A stretch of DNA of 63,613 nt, counting the filler, from Dugesia japonica (Eukaryota): the NCBI GenBank assembly GCA_001938525.1. It is 6 parts of 6 records of this genome, joined end to end, with 100 filler letters (N's around TTAATTAATTAA, not from the genome) between each part and the next. Parts side by side here need not be neighbours in the genome. Positions count along the whole stretch, not along the records: positions 10,067 to 19,136 come from MQRL01634352.1; positions 19,237 to 31,733 come from MQRL01614127.1; 4 more parts are not named here. One strand, written 5' to 3'. This document shows, in pieces, positions 11,360 through 24,180 of this stretch. The position numbers were made by a program, and so were the translations under genes. The number at the start of each line of letters is the position of its first letter. Position 1 is the stretch's first letter. Under the pieces are notes generated by a model. That model searched no databases and was not told the origin of the DNA. It was given only the letters and a program-made list of their open reading frames with translations.

Positions 11360-14300
11360 TTTTGGGGTTTCACCTGAGTTGAAATCGAAACAACAGGTGG
11401 CTGGGGAAAATCAACCCTCAGGGGACCCTTCCAAGAATTTAACCTAAAGTCCCTAATTTAGGTATTCAGTGCAGAGTGGTTGACCTCCAACTTCATGGGA
11501 GGTGCACACTCGTACACCTTTGGTTTGGGTTCATGATTTTTCCTTATCAACATAGGCAATAAATTAAACAGAAGTTAATGAGAAACATCTATTAATATGA
11601 CACCTATAATTCTTCCAACACTCCAGGATCTAACCACTAGGCGGGGTCAGTTACTAGAAAATCAAAGGCGGCCAAATCGGCACAATCGTCCCACTGCACC
11701 CAAGCAGGGTTACCTAGCTGGCGCGAAAGATCTGAGAAATACTGTTTTAAAAAATCTATCTTTCGTTGGAGCAACTGTTTGGTTTCATCCTTGAGAGCTT
11801 TGGTTTGACCGGCTAGCTCACCTTGTTTCTTGACAATGAAGTCAAGCTTTTTAATCAACCTGTCCCGCTGAGCGATATGTTTAAGGAGAGCCAATTGGCT
11901 TTCTCCTCTTCAAGTTTCTCTCTATCAACAGGCGGCGAATTATGCGTCGGCATCGTCGGAGGCTATTCGGAAAACAATGCGTGGCACTAAAGTAAGAGAT
12001 GTTATTACACAATTTATTTTCACACATAATTGCAAGTTAGTTTAATAAAATAATTTAGAAAGAAAGATTAATCATAGAACAAGTATCATTTATTTATAAA
12101 TCAACCGTTCTCAAGATCGCGCCGTTTGATTACTCTTATCCACCATTAATGGTTCGAGGGGCCTCGCAGTTTTTAGTTTATGGATTTCCTGAACCAGTTT
12201 ATTCTCACGGTTTTGGTAGGACCGGATAATCTCGGTAAAGGACTCTATTTGAGCCTTCCAGACTCTTTCTTGCTTGTGTGACGCTTCAGCCTCGGCTTTA
12301 AAAGCCAAACACTTTTATAATACCTCTGAACTTTGGCAGCTGCGTTTGCTACATCAGCCTCCCAGCGTCACTTGGCCAACTTATAGAGATCTCATGTGAT
12401 CTCGGTGTCGTCACTAGAAGCCCTCACCTTCTTGGTTGGGGCCGCAACGCGATTCAGTGATGAGTGCACTGGAAGAAAAAGAATTTGATCAATATAATAA
12501 AGATTTGGGGAATAACACCAACTACTTACAATTATTGTTACTCGGTGGACAATTATCTATCCTTAATATTATTTTTAACAAAAGAAAACTTCGAAATAAA
12601 AAAATTTAGTGATAAGTCCGTACAATATTAATCCGTAACAATGAGGGATTTTATTTTAACACACAATGAAAATAATAATAACCCACTACTGGGTAAGTGT
12701 CGAATCAGCCACGGGGGCAGTATTCTCGGAGTCCTTGCTACCCGATGGTTCTCTTACACCCCATAATAAATTGTTAATAAAAGGCTGCACCACTGGGGGT
12801 GGGGCTGCAGGTTGATACTGGAATGTCGTGACAAGGGTTCGATCCGGTCTCGTCCAGCTTTGATAATTTTTTCGCTCGCCAAAATCCTGGATTCTGGCTA
12901 CAAGGGCTTCTACCGGGGTAAGTTCGACCGGTCAGACAAAACACCCGCGTCGCGGTTATGTGGATTCTTATGTCGCCGGAAAATTATGCGACGAATCCTG
13001 CTGTTGATTACCCTCTCCCATATCAATTCCATTTCCGACTGAAATTAAAATTACCGTCAACATAATTCGAGATTCGTAACATCAATAAATATAAAGATAA
13101 AGTTAGTTAAACAATAACAATGAGTGTAGTCAACACGGAATTTTATTTTATGATTCATAGACAGGTTCAACGTCTAGGTCAACCTCCCAGGGAAGGGGAG
13201 ATAATTCCATGAAACACCTTAAATCCGTTTCATCCGGGGAGAGAACAAGATGAGGGAATAGGAGGTGACCAATCAATTGCTTACGACGGGCTTGTTGCCT
13301 TTCTTGGCGAATTAGGTCCAATGTCTCCTTCAGGATTGTAGCCATGTGCCTGAATTAAGGTATCAAAAATCATCCTAGTTAATAAGTCTTTGTGGGATAT
13401 ATTCGTGGCTTATGAAGGTGAGTTTATTCGGCTGCTTTGGTGAAGTCTATTGACGTACCCAAGAGCCTAGCGCCTTCCCAATCTTACTCTGGGGGTAGTA
13501 TTTTTTAAGTTCTACCTGTGAACGTTTATTGAATAGTTATATCAATGATAGTTGTCAACAAAACGCCGACAATCTACGTATTAATCATGATTTTAATGTG
13601 AGTAATAATGATACCGTCAGTCGGGTTAATAAGGGTAGTATTAATCGAGATGATAGTGATATGATTGATAATAATATGCATTACGTTAAAGATAATATTA
13701 AGGATAATAAAAATGTTACTCATAATATTAGTAATATTAATGATAGTGACAGGAATAATAATATTAATGCCGGTAATACGATTAATCGTCGTAATAACAT
13801 TAATAATGCTAATAATACTAAAATTACAAGGAAACTATAATAAAATGATTACGATAGCAATTTGGTTTCTGGCGAGATTATTTTGATATTAATTTGATAT
13901 CAGTGCTCGACCAAATAGCCCAGATTTTATATTATAGTGAATAAAACGCTTCATAATGTGTCACTAATGGTGTTATTTCCATTAATTAACAAAAACAATC
14001 AGTGATGATGTAATATTCTTTCTGTTAATCAGATTAATTCTGGATATAATGTCATCAATTTCGACTCCTACAAAAGTGGGTGCGAGTTGTTGATTGTCAC
14101 ACAAAACGATAACGGATAAGTCAGGAACATTTTTTGTCATAGTGTTTCTCATCAGTAAAATTCCACACCAGTGGCGACAACAACTTTATCCCCATTCATG
14201 GCGAATTCATCTATATCAGTGAATTTGCATCTTACCATTGATAAACGGTGTGTTAGATACTAAACCGGAATTTACACACAGATGGTTGATATATAGACTA

Positions 14301-15655
14301 CGGCCAAGATAATGGTTATCACACACCTGCCTCTGAGTCATTAACACTTTCCTGTCTGGTGTGATTGGATTGATGATATTGATCACGAGTGGAATGTCAT
14401 TTGTTGTGGTTCGGTTAGAAGGGACTAACAACAAACTCATATGCGGCTAGATTCAGATGTCTGCGAAATGGCATGTATCCGAGTGTTGGAGTATAATTTT
14501 CAGAAATCAATGAACGAAAAATGTGGATAAGTATTGGGTTATGCAGCAGGTAATATAAAATAAATTTAATGTTATTTGGCTTCAAAAACTTTTGTTTTCT
14601 TTTTCAGTCGATCTTATTAATATACACCATAATAATTTATCAAGGGTTAAAAAATAGATAATTCTACCTGTGGTATTTATTCACCATCAGCATTTAATAA
14701 CTTTTACATAAATTGAAAATAAAACCAATTTTCATGTATAATAAGATATATTATAGATATTAAAATTTATGAAACAATAAGATTACTTTTTTCTTTTTTA
14801 ACGATAGGCTTTCTGCAATGGGTTTTCCTTGATATTATTATTTCTCCTTAGTCGATAGCTTCAATTCCAAATCTTAAGTAAAATATCTCCTTTTTTTATT
14901 TCGGTTTTTCTGCTAACTATTGGTGAGAATCCTTCACAATCGCGTAAGAATTGTTTAATTGCTTGAGTAAGGTAATTGCCACAAATTAAAAATTGAAAAA
15001 TTGTTGTTGTTTTCAACTAGTTTTCCATGCCTTTTTATAGGATTTCTCGATACAACCCGACTGTGTTCTTGTTGGTCTGTTATTTTTAGATTAGAGTTCT
15101 TAATTTTCATTGGCGTNNNNNNNNNNNNNNNNNNNNNNNNNNNNNNNNNNNNNNNNNNNNNNNNNNNNNNNNNNNNNNNNNNNNNNNNNNNNNNNNNNNN
15201 NNNNNNNNTATGTTTTATTTTTATTTTCTTTGTTTTTATTGGTCCAATCTTCCCGTTTCTGTGAGGGTCCTCCTGATAATGTTAAGGTCTCTAAATGGCA
15301 AAGATCCATTACTCCAATGCATGGCTTTCTCAAATTTTCTTGTGCCGAGCTTTTACGAGCTTTCTGAGACCAGATATCCGTAAAGAACGGATTTTTGACT
15401 AATTTTAATTCATTTTTTATTTAAAATTGATTAATGTTTCTTGATAATAAATTATTTTTCTAGTAATGTTTTACTTCTTTTTATTTTTAATTTCATAATT
15501 TTCTTTTAATTATAATTGATATGGTCGGATTTGTTAAACTAAGATCTTCGTCTCCATCTCCTTTGTATATTTTTCTTTTTTAATTCATCCATGCTGATTG
15601 TTCTCAATTACTTTTCTTTTGCTTTTCTTAACCGACTGGGTGTCTCACCCCAACA
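11360..15655 (-). mobile_element. Ginger-like integrase element (TGTTGGGG...CCCCAACA) with short cargo ORF cassettes, copy A
   Basis: Termini TGTTGGGGTGAGACACC (15655, -) and T(T)TTGGGGTTTCACC (11360, +); flanks ATGT/ATTT; no LTR. Decayed integrase-like sequence at about 14780-15070 (H..H..QAIKQFLRDCEG, then frameshifted RFGIEAID..SRKTH..PIVKK). Cargo ORFs at 13345-13148, 13038-12910, 12468-12111 and about 11986-11637. Confidence 0.6.
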
Positions 15656-16983
15656 ATTTTAATATATTAGTGATTTTTAAAATTTTGTTGTTCGATTATA
15701 ATTTTTAAATATAAGAAATTTTGAAAATTTTTTACAATTATATTATAATTAAAATGTTTTAAAATTTTTGAAATTTTTTGAAATTTTGTATTTTTTTTTG
15801 AAAATTTTGACAATATATTGATAAAACATTTATATTCTGTTTTTAATTTAATTATTTACTATGTATATATAATTAGTGTTTTTATGTGTGTTATATACAA
15901 TTTATGTTATTTTAAAAATGGATTTTCATAAATTTTTTTAAAATTAATTTAAATAAATTATTCTCATATAAAACTAATTTTTTTAAATTAAAGAACATTT
16001 AAAAGTTTCTTTGAACTTCGTATTAAAAAATTTTTTTTATTTAATTAATATTATTTCGTATTTTATATAAATATTTTTATTTTAAACATATTATTTTTTG
16101 ATATTGATATAAGCTCTTTTTATTTAAAATTTTTTTTAATTATTGTAATTGTTGAACAACACATTGATCTGAGGTTTATCATCTTTAATTAATATTTGTT
16201 CATGTTATATTAATTAATTCAATATTTAAATTTCATATGAATTTATTTTTTAAAAAATTATAAATGTGGGTATTTGTGGGTATTGGGATTGATATTGTGT
16301 AGTATTGTGTGTGTTTTTGGAAAGTGCAGGTATATATTTGAGTGCATGTATGTTGTGATGGTTGAAGTATGGTGGAAGATATGTGTGCAAAAGTGAAAGT
16401 GCATTCAAGAGCACTGTGCATTTATTGATTTTAACTTTTTTGAGGTTAGTGTGGTATGTTGTGGTGGTGCAAAAATTCTGACTATACATTGTCAAAAATA
16501 CTTTTGGTGTAAAGTGCATCGTTCTGGCTATGACAGCTGATAGTGTATTGGAAGCGCTGATGAGTTATCGCGCACTTTNTCTTAAAATCTTTAAAGCTTT
16601 CGATNNAAATGTTGGATTTTGATGATTTATGAATTGAAGAGATAATGTGAGGGCGGATATGATGATGATTGGTTTAGGTTGTTTTAATGAATTATTGATC
16701 GGTAATTTGATTGAATAGTTTTTGTAAGTATTATATGGGGTTTAAAAAATTTACCTGGAGTTGTAATATATTTTGTAGGAAAAAGGATGTTATAGTTGGT
16801 TATGGAAAAAACAATTCAAATATTTCAGAGGCGTTAGATTTTCTGTGAATTTTAAAAGATGACGCCGGGGCAGATTTTATATGTATCTTCTGGGTAGTCT
16901 AAATATTTTGCAAGCTCCGGACAGTCCTAATATTTTTTATGTATGTTTCGGGCAGTCTAAAATATGTGAGTTGAATGCATGTT

Positions 16984-17125
16984 GTTCCTGAAGAAGACTA
17001 TTGTCGAAAATTTGAATTTTTTTACAAATAAATTTTATTTTGATCGAAGCTTTTTCTTTATTTTAATGAAATCTCAAATGCGATCAATGGTTAAGTCCAA
17101 CAATTATTCTCACAATAATTGTAAT
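16984..17125 (+). ncRNA. hammerhead ribozyme plus pLTR-like repeat
   Basis: GTTC-CTGAAGA-A-GAC-TATT-GTC-GAAA-AT-TT-GAAT at 16984-17017, then the shared repeat body; (TTA)n tract follows at about 17137-17178. Confidence 0.78.
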
Positions 17126-17135
17126 TATAAAAAAC

Positions 17136-17179
<44 letters not shown>

Positions 17180-17279
17180 CAATATATTATAAGTATATTA
17201 TAAATAAATATAATTAATTACAAAAATGATTAATCAAAATTTTCTTTATTATTTCTTTATAATTTATAATAGAATCTAT

Positions 17280-18403
17280 TAATTGATTATTTGTAAGAAA
17301 TTATTATTTGACCTGGTAATGATCTCCATCAAACAATAATTAATCGATTGTTGTGTTATCCATGCTAATTTCACATTTACAGATTTTGTGTCATTGTCAA
17401 TTATCTCATATGTTTGAAATACATCCGTTTTTGTGAATAAATCTGAAAAGAATTGTTTAAATTAACTTGAATAATATGATTAATTAATAGCATAAATAAA
17501 AATATTAATATTCAAATTCACTTTTGTAGCAATGTTCAGCCGTGTTCATTTCTGAGAATGAATGTTCACATTCAATAACATGTTTATCATAAAAATTTGT
17601 GCTATTTTGACAGGTTTCATTGTGACAAACTGATTCAATTATTTCCTTATAGCAATCATTAAAGAAATTATTTCCTTTCATTTCTAGTTTGATTTGTTCA
17701 GCATTGACCTCAAACCAAAAAATGCATCCAATGATTTTATTTTTGGACCATTCAGAAAAAGAGCCTTTATTGTTAATTTGTTTATTGGAATATCCAAACC
17801 AAATTTTTGTATAACTCTTCATGTTGTGAAAATCTCCAGCATCCGGCCAATCTAATGCTGAATTTTTACAAATCAATATTCAAATAATCAATTTTAAAAA
17901 AATAATTTACAGATTTGTTTATTTCGCTTGGTACTATTGAATACATTTGACAATAATAATAAAAATGATTTGTTCATATTCCGATAATCATATTCAAATA
18001 AATTATTTTGTTTAAATACAATTACCATACGAAATATTTCGGGAAATTTTGAATCTAGATTAAAATCATTAATAATAACAAATACATCAAAATTAACAAT
18101 AATATCGGCTGCTCACATTGACATTGCATGTCAATCCATTGAAATCAATAAGAAAAGTTTTGTCATCATGAAATCTTGTGCTTGTTTTAATTGAAAATTG
18201 GTTTTGCTTTGTATCGATAGCTTGCAATAAATATTTATTTGCAGCACTAATAAAATCAATTCTCATCTTAATTCGAATTCCATTTACAAATTCTCCGTTG
18301 AATTTACCAAATACAAATCCACAACAAATCAATACAGTATTCGTCAAAACTAAATAACCAATCAAAATAATAAAATTAAATCAATAAATTCTTACCTGAT
18401 ACC
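17280..18403 (-). CDS. multi-exon gene for a probable secreted protein (weak BPI/LBP-like resemblance); 5' end in gap
   Basis: Donor near 18395 (GTAAG), exon about 18350-18117 (hydrophobic VLICCGFVFG then GIRIKMRIDFISAANKYL), micro-exons near 18056 and 17935, exon from about 17858, final exon about 17442-17280 (LAWITQQSINYCL). Exon boundaries approximate. Confidence 0.5.
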
Positions 18404-18682
18404 NNNNNNNNNNNNNNNNNNNNNNNNNNNNNNNNNNNNNNNNNNNNNNNNNNNNNNNNNNNNNNNNNNNNNNNNNNNNNNNNNNNNNNNNNNNNNNNNN
18501 NNNNNNNNNNNNNNNNNNNNNNNNNNNNAAATAAAATACATTTATCGAATTTCAAATAAGAATTGTAAGCGTGACTTCAATATTTATGCTACAATAAAAA
18601 ATTAATTGAATTAATGTATTATTTACCATTTAGATTTTAGATTTATGTTGATATAAGTGTAAAAATTCTAATTTAAAACATA

Positions 18683-19136
18683 TTAGGTGTGTGCATTAAT
18701 TTTAAAGGTATTTTTTACAAAATTTTACAAAAAGAAAAGTCGAGAAAAACAGCTTTATTATAAGAAATAGATACAAATTGTTCATTCAAAATATTGACCA
18801 TCGATGGACACTACTTTCTCCTATCTTTCTGGTAAAAGGCNNNNNNNNNNNNNNNNNNNNNNNNNNNNNNNNNNNNNNNNNNNNNNNNNNNNNNNNTTTT
18901 TTATATCCTCATAAGAATGAAAACACTGATCAGACAGGGCATGGGTCATCGATCGGAAGAGGTGAAAATCCGGAGCAATATCTGGGTAATATGGCGGGTG
19001 CGGTAGTATTTCCCAGTTCAGGTTTTCTAAAGTGTCCATTACAACCTTTCCCGTATGTGGGCGAGTGTGTCTTCCTTTATAATCTGGTCTTTTTACCTGT
19101 AACTCTTGACTCAGTTGTTCTATTTGGTGTTTGTAG
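18683..19136 (-). mobile_element. mariner transposon 3' relic
   Basis: WEILPHPPYYPDIAPDFHLFRSM (YSPDLAP motif); TA followed by TIR-like TTAGGTGTGTGCATTAATT at 18683. Confidence 0.9.
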
Positions 19137-19589
19137 NNNNNNNNNNNNNNNNNNNNNNNNNNNNNNNNNNNNNNNNNNNNTTAATTAATTAANNNNNNNN
19201 NNNNNNNNNNNNNNNNNNNNNNNNNNNNNNNNNNNNTCGTTTTCTCCTTCTTTTATTCCAACAATTTGGTATTTATTATTAATTTATTTATCATTATTTA
19301 CTTCTTTTGCAGTTACTAATTCCTTCGGGTTAATTAACTTTCTCCTTTGTGATTAATATAACTTCCGATTTTCCTTTATTTTCTTTTTTATTATTTATTC
19401 CTTTTAATTATGTAATTGTATTTCACCAATTATTTTAATCATTTCTCTTCTTAAATACTTGATTCCATTTCTCGTCATTATTTCGAAACAGCTCATATTT
19501 CATTCTGCTATATTTAACTACTCTTTTATCTCGTTCTAGCCCAACATTAGTATCGTTGAAAAATGATTGATTTTGTGTTGTGAGTGTCG

Positions 19590-21938
19590 TTATATATTAC
19601 TATTATTCTCGATAAGGTAACAAATGATTGTCAGTATTCTAAATTTGAACCTGGTTCTTAAGGTTTTGACCCCCTTACCAATTAAATTATTATGTACTTT
19701 ATCATTAGGATTATAGTTATTGATAAGGTTGTTATTAGTATTACCATTATTTGTCTTATGAAACATTATTGCCTTGAGCATTAAGATTTTACTGAATGAA
19801 ACGAGCTTTCATAACATCCTGTCTAATTATAATAATATACCATTGTGATATGATGATATAATTAGCATCACCATATTATTATTAACATTATCGAACGCTG
19901 GGTTTAGTTTTTCTTTTCCTTTAAAATAATAATGATATTTAATACGGTAGTCTATGCCACATAAATCTTATTTTTAAATGATCTCCGTATTTTAGGTCAT
20001 GCTGGCAGATTTAAAACATACACTGCTTTTGGTTTTAAAACAACGCAAGTCAGCACATCTGAAACAGATTATCAGACATCGGTTATTCCCCAATCTAACA
20101 GAGCATCCCGATGAAACCAACTTAAGTTATTAAGTTGAGATCTTCCCGTTGAACCGTAACGTAGATATTGACAAGGATCTATAACGGAACGAAACCAAAC
20201 TTGTAACTGTGTCTTAATTGGTTTATTTTATTATTTTCTAAAATAAAATCTCAGACCTATTTATCCGCCTTTTATTTCTTTTTCTTTTTGCACATATATT
20301 GTTTATAAATGCCTGTGTAATTTCAGTTGAATTTAAATGGGAGATACTACTCGATTGCCGGACAAGCCGAACGATATTTAAACGGTACAAAAACAGTTTA
20401 ATAGAGGTGCGGGAGTACTAGCTCCAATCTGTCAACCGTAGATGCAAACGACGAACGACGAACGACATTGGGACTCCGCGGAGCATCAGGCTTACTACGA
20501 TTGGACCGGTCCCAATCGGGCCCATGAGACATATCATCCTGTTACCTCTACTCAATAAAATTCTAATGGCAAACCTCAGACAACCAGAGAGTGGCGGGAA
20601 GGCCCCTCCATTGTCCAGTTGTTCTACATCTCATTTGCCTCCCTTTTTCGAATAAAGCGATTTCATCAATAATATGTTATGGAGACTCAGAGAATTAATC
20701 AGATGTTTTTTGTTCGGTCAATAATAAAGTTTTTCGTTGTAGCTTTGTCTTAATGCTTGCGTGGATTCTTTAATTTTGTATTTTGTCTTTAATAATCATT
20801 AAAATAACTTAAAGCTTGTTTAAATATAAATAAGCACTTACTAGATGAGAGTCCGTTGTTATTGATATTATTTTCTTATATTACATTCACCACTCAACCG
20901 ATCAGTTGCTCCCACAAAGAAAATTAGAGAAAGTAGCGAAGACATCGATATGACTTGGGATGTCTACTAACTCGCGAAACGCCATTGAGAGGCTGACTCA
21001 GCTGCCGCGGAGAGTAAAGTAAAACGTTACAAGAGTAAATGTGTCATGTTCAGTAAAGAGGCCGAAGCTTCTCATGCGCCAGAACGCGTCTAGAGTCATT
21101 TGCGGATATCATCCGGTCCCTCAATGACCGTAAAAATAAACTGGTTGCAGCCGTAATGAAGCTGCAAAAGCGCATGCCACTCGAACCCTTAATGGTAGAC
21201 AAGTCGACACAGGCCTCGCGTCAATAACTTGCTGTGATTTTCTTTTATGTATAAAATAAAGTCTTTGTTGTACCTTTATGACTAGTATCCATTTGAAACG
21301 CTTGATTTATAATAACTTAATAGAATTTTATCATTTGAGTTAACTTTTATTTATCCATTTCTTTATAGTGCCCAGAATACTCTTACCCACAATTCTTCGA
21401 CGGTGCCATCGCCTTATACAGAAACTTTTGTTAGAACGACATATTAAGCGACAAAATGAGAGGGCATGGTTACGTCACCTGACCCAGAAAAACCAACTGA
21501 TTAAAAAGTTATACATTATCGTCAAGAAACAAGGTGGGTTGGCACAACACACCAAGCAGCTCCTTCTTCACAAGATAGAGTTTTACAGCAATATATCACG
21601 GACTTGAACAAGAGACCTGGACCCACTGGAACAGCGACGATGACGAGACCGCCTTTAATTTTATAATGGCGAGCCTACCCAGTGGTTAGATTCTGGTGCT
21701 CTGAATTTCATGTAGTACAAAAACCAATAAAATTTAGTTTTAAGTTTCTTTTAATTTACTTGATAAATAAGTCATGGGAAAATTACGAACCCGAAATAAA
21801 GGTATGCGAGTGAGCACTTCAAGTAAACGATGGAAGTCAACCACTCCGTACCGAAGACCTTATAGGATACGTTAGGTAAATTCTTGAATGGGTACCCAGC
21901 CGAATTTTTCTTCTGCAAACTCAGGTGGGATCCCAACA
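19590..21938 (+). mobile_element. Ginger-like cassette element, copy B (3' half)
   Basis: Ends CTCAGGTGGGATCCCAACA (21938); the last 250 bp align to the reverse complement of 11360-11600. Four ORF cassettes at 19999, 20327, about 20884 and 21369 are homologous and colinear with copy A. Confidence 0.7.
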
Positions 21939-23692
21939 CTATTAAATGTATTGTTATGCAACCTAAATCTGATAATTTTGCTATAGTTATAAGTAAATAT
22001 CATGGATTAATTTATTTTCAATTCTGAAATGAATAAATATTTTTTATATTTTTTAACAAATTACATTTGCCAATTATTTGTCCAAATTCAAATTTTTCAA
22101 GGTCATTATAATGAATAAACTCCATTACTATTTAGTAAAAAATTTTCTGAAACAAAAATTTTTAGTAAATTTTTATTTTAATTTGATTATAATTATTATT
22201 TATTTTCAATGAATAAAATTAATTGATTACCTTGGAAATATTTGCCACCAACCAGAATTTCCTAANNNNNNNNNNNNNNNNNNNNNNNNNNNNNNNNNNN
22301 NNNNNNNNNNNNNNNNNNNNNNNNNNNNNNNNNNNNNNNNNNNNNNNNNNNNNNNNNNNNNNNNNNNNNNNNNNNNNNNNNNNNNNNNNNNNNNNNNNNN
22401 NNNNNNNNNNNNNNNNNNNNNNNNNNNNNNNNNNNNNNNNNNNNNNNNNNNNNCCAAACCTTAACAAACAACAATTTTAATATGAAATAACATAATTAAT
22501 TAATGATGCTGGTTAATTTGAATAAAATATTAATTAATTGAATAAATATTATATTAATAAAATGAGAAAAATAATTTCTTAATTAATTAACTGATTTTTC
22601 GAAAATTTATTTTAAAATTAAATGAATTTTATTTTTAATTTTATTAATTTATTTAACATAAAAAATATTTCAAAAAATTTAATTGATTTAATAAATCAAT
22701 TTACAAATAAATAAAAATCGAGGAGAATGAATAATTTTTCTTNTTAAAACCAATTTAGCATTTTTGCAGCATTTCTAAATATTGAAAATATTCAAATCAA
22801 ATTGTAAATGATAAAATGAAAAACCTCATCGTGTTGATAGTTTTCTTCAATTCCAAAATTGATTAAACATTTTTCTAAATCGAATGACAATTCTTTGTGC
22901 TTAAAAAAGATGAATAAATTGTTAAAAGGGCATATTTGAATTGTATTAAAACAAATTTCATGTTTATAATAAACTAACTGGTTTTTTTACACATAAATTA
23001 CTAAAGGAAACTTCAGATTTCTTCGTATTTGAACATGTGGTACAAAACACTTTTAACAAAAATCTCCCGTTAAAATTATCTAAATTATTAAAAAAATTAT
23101 TAAATATTTTCTAAAATTATTTAGAAAATATTTTCAAAATTTTCATTTTCATTTTAAAAATTATTTATTTGAATGATTCCATAATTATTCATCTAATTAA
23201 ATTATTTANATGATTAACTTACAAAATAAAATGCTTTCAGTTTACTTATTCACATTTAAATATAAATGTGGTTATTGACACACAATCACACACACAGTAC
23301 AATAAATAATTGTCTGTGTTCATCTACTAAGAATTGACTATTTACACAAAAATTGTTTGTATATATTAAGAAAAATGCGACCTCAAGATCAGTATAGATA
23401 ATAATTTTATTACATAAAATGTTTAAAGAAAATGTCTACATTGTATTCATAAACTAAAATATATGAAAACCAAAATTCTATATCTATAAATAATATCGAC
23501 TTTATTTTTTATTGGAATCTAAATAGATATCATGAGTTACAAGACCATTTTAAATGATTATTATTTAAAAATAAGCATTTTTTGTATGAATTTTAATGTG
23601 AAAAGTTACATAAAAGTAAAGAATTGTTAAGATATCATATAGTTGGTATATGCATTATTCTGTGAAAATAAAAGATAGTTCCGAGGAGCAAC

Positions 23693-24148
23693 AGTAGATG
23701 GATAGTAGCAGTCCGCACCACGCACACATTCAGTATCCCCCCACCACCATCCCCACCGTGACGTAATGAAATTTAATCCTAATGCATTTAGTTGAGAATT
23801 TAAAAATTGCATCATAAGGTAATATTACTTAATTTGGTGTTACTTTTTCCCTCTGTATTTAGTTGGGAAAATTTTTAGCACACAAATTATGTCATGAAAT
23901 TAATTTCATCGGTNGAATTTAACGTAATAGGATTAACTGGTGTTTAATTTTTCTGTGAATTNANTTGGGAAAATTTTTTAGGCTTCTTAAGCAGCAATAT
24001 TACAATTACAATTCAATAAATTTATAATTAACAAATTGAAAATTAAATTTACTATTATTAGAAAAATATTATATTATTATAATCTGCAATTTTACATTTT
24101 AAAACATTAAAAAATTTACACTTAGAAATAGCTAATAGTAATAATCAG

Positions 24149-24180
<32 letters not shown>

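Noticed and set aside
13665-13886. Hydrophobic I/L-rich ORF as a membrane protein
   Set aside because: It is the alternate frame of an AAT-type low-complexity tract.
14780-15000. AIKQF...DC and GKPIAESLS suggested RNase H
   Set aside because: The same bases fit an integrase HHCC plus first catalytic strand better, and no RT is nearby; both readings are weak.
19590-19781. LIGKGVKTLRTRFKFR looked like a GIY-YIG motif
   Set aside because: It sits in the N-rich antisense tract of the cassette element and has no other GIY-YIG or RT features.
22060-22261. DLEKFEFGQIIGK (kinase-like start) and a 31-nt micro-exon on the minus strand
   Set aside because: Could not be spliced into an open frame; the adjacent sequence is an N gap.
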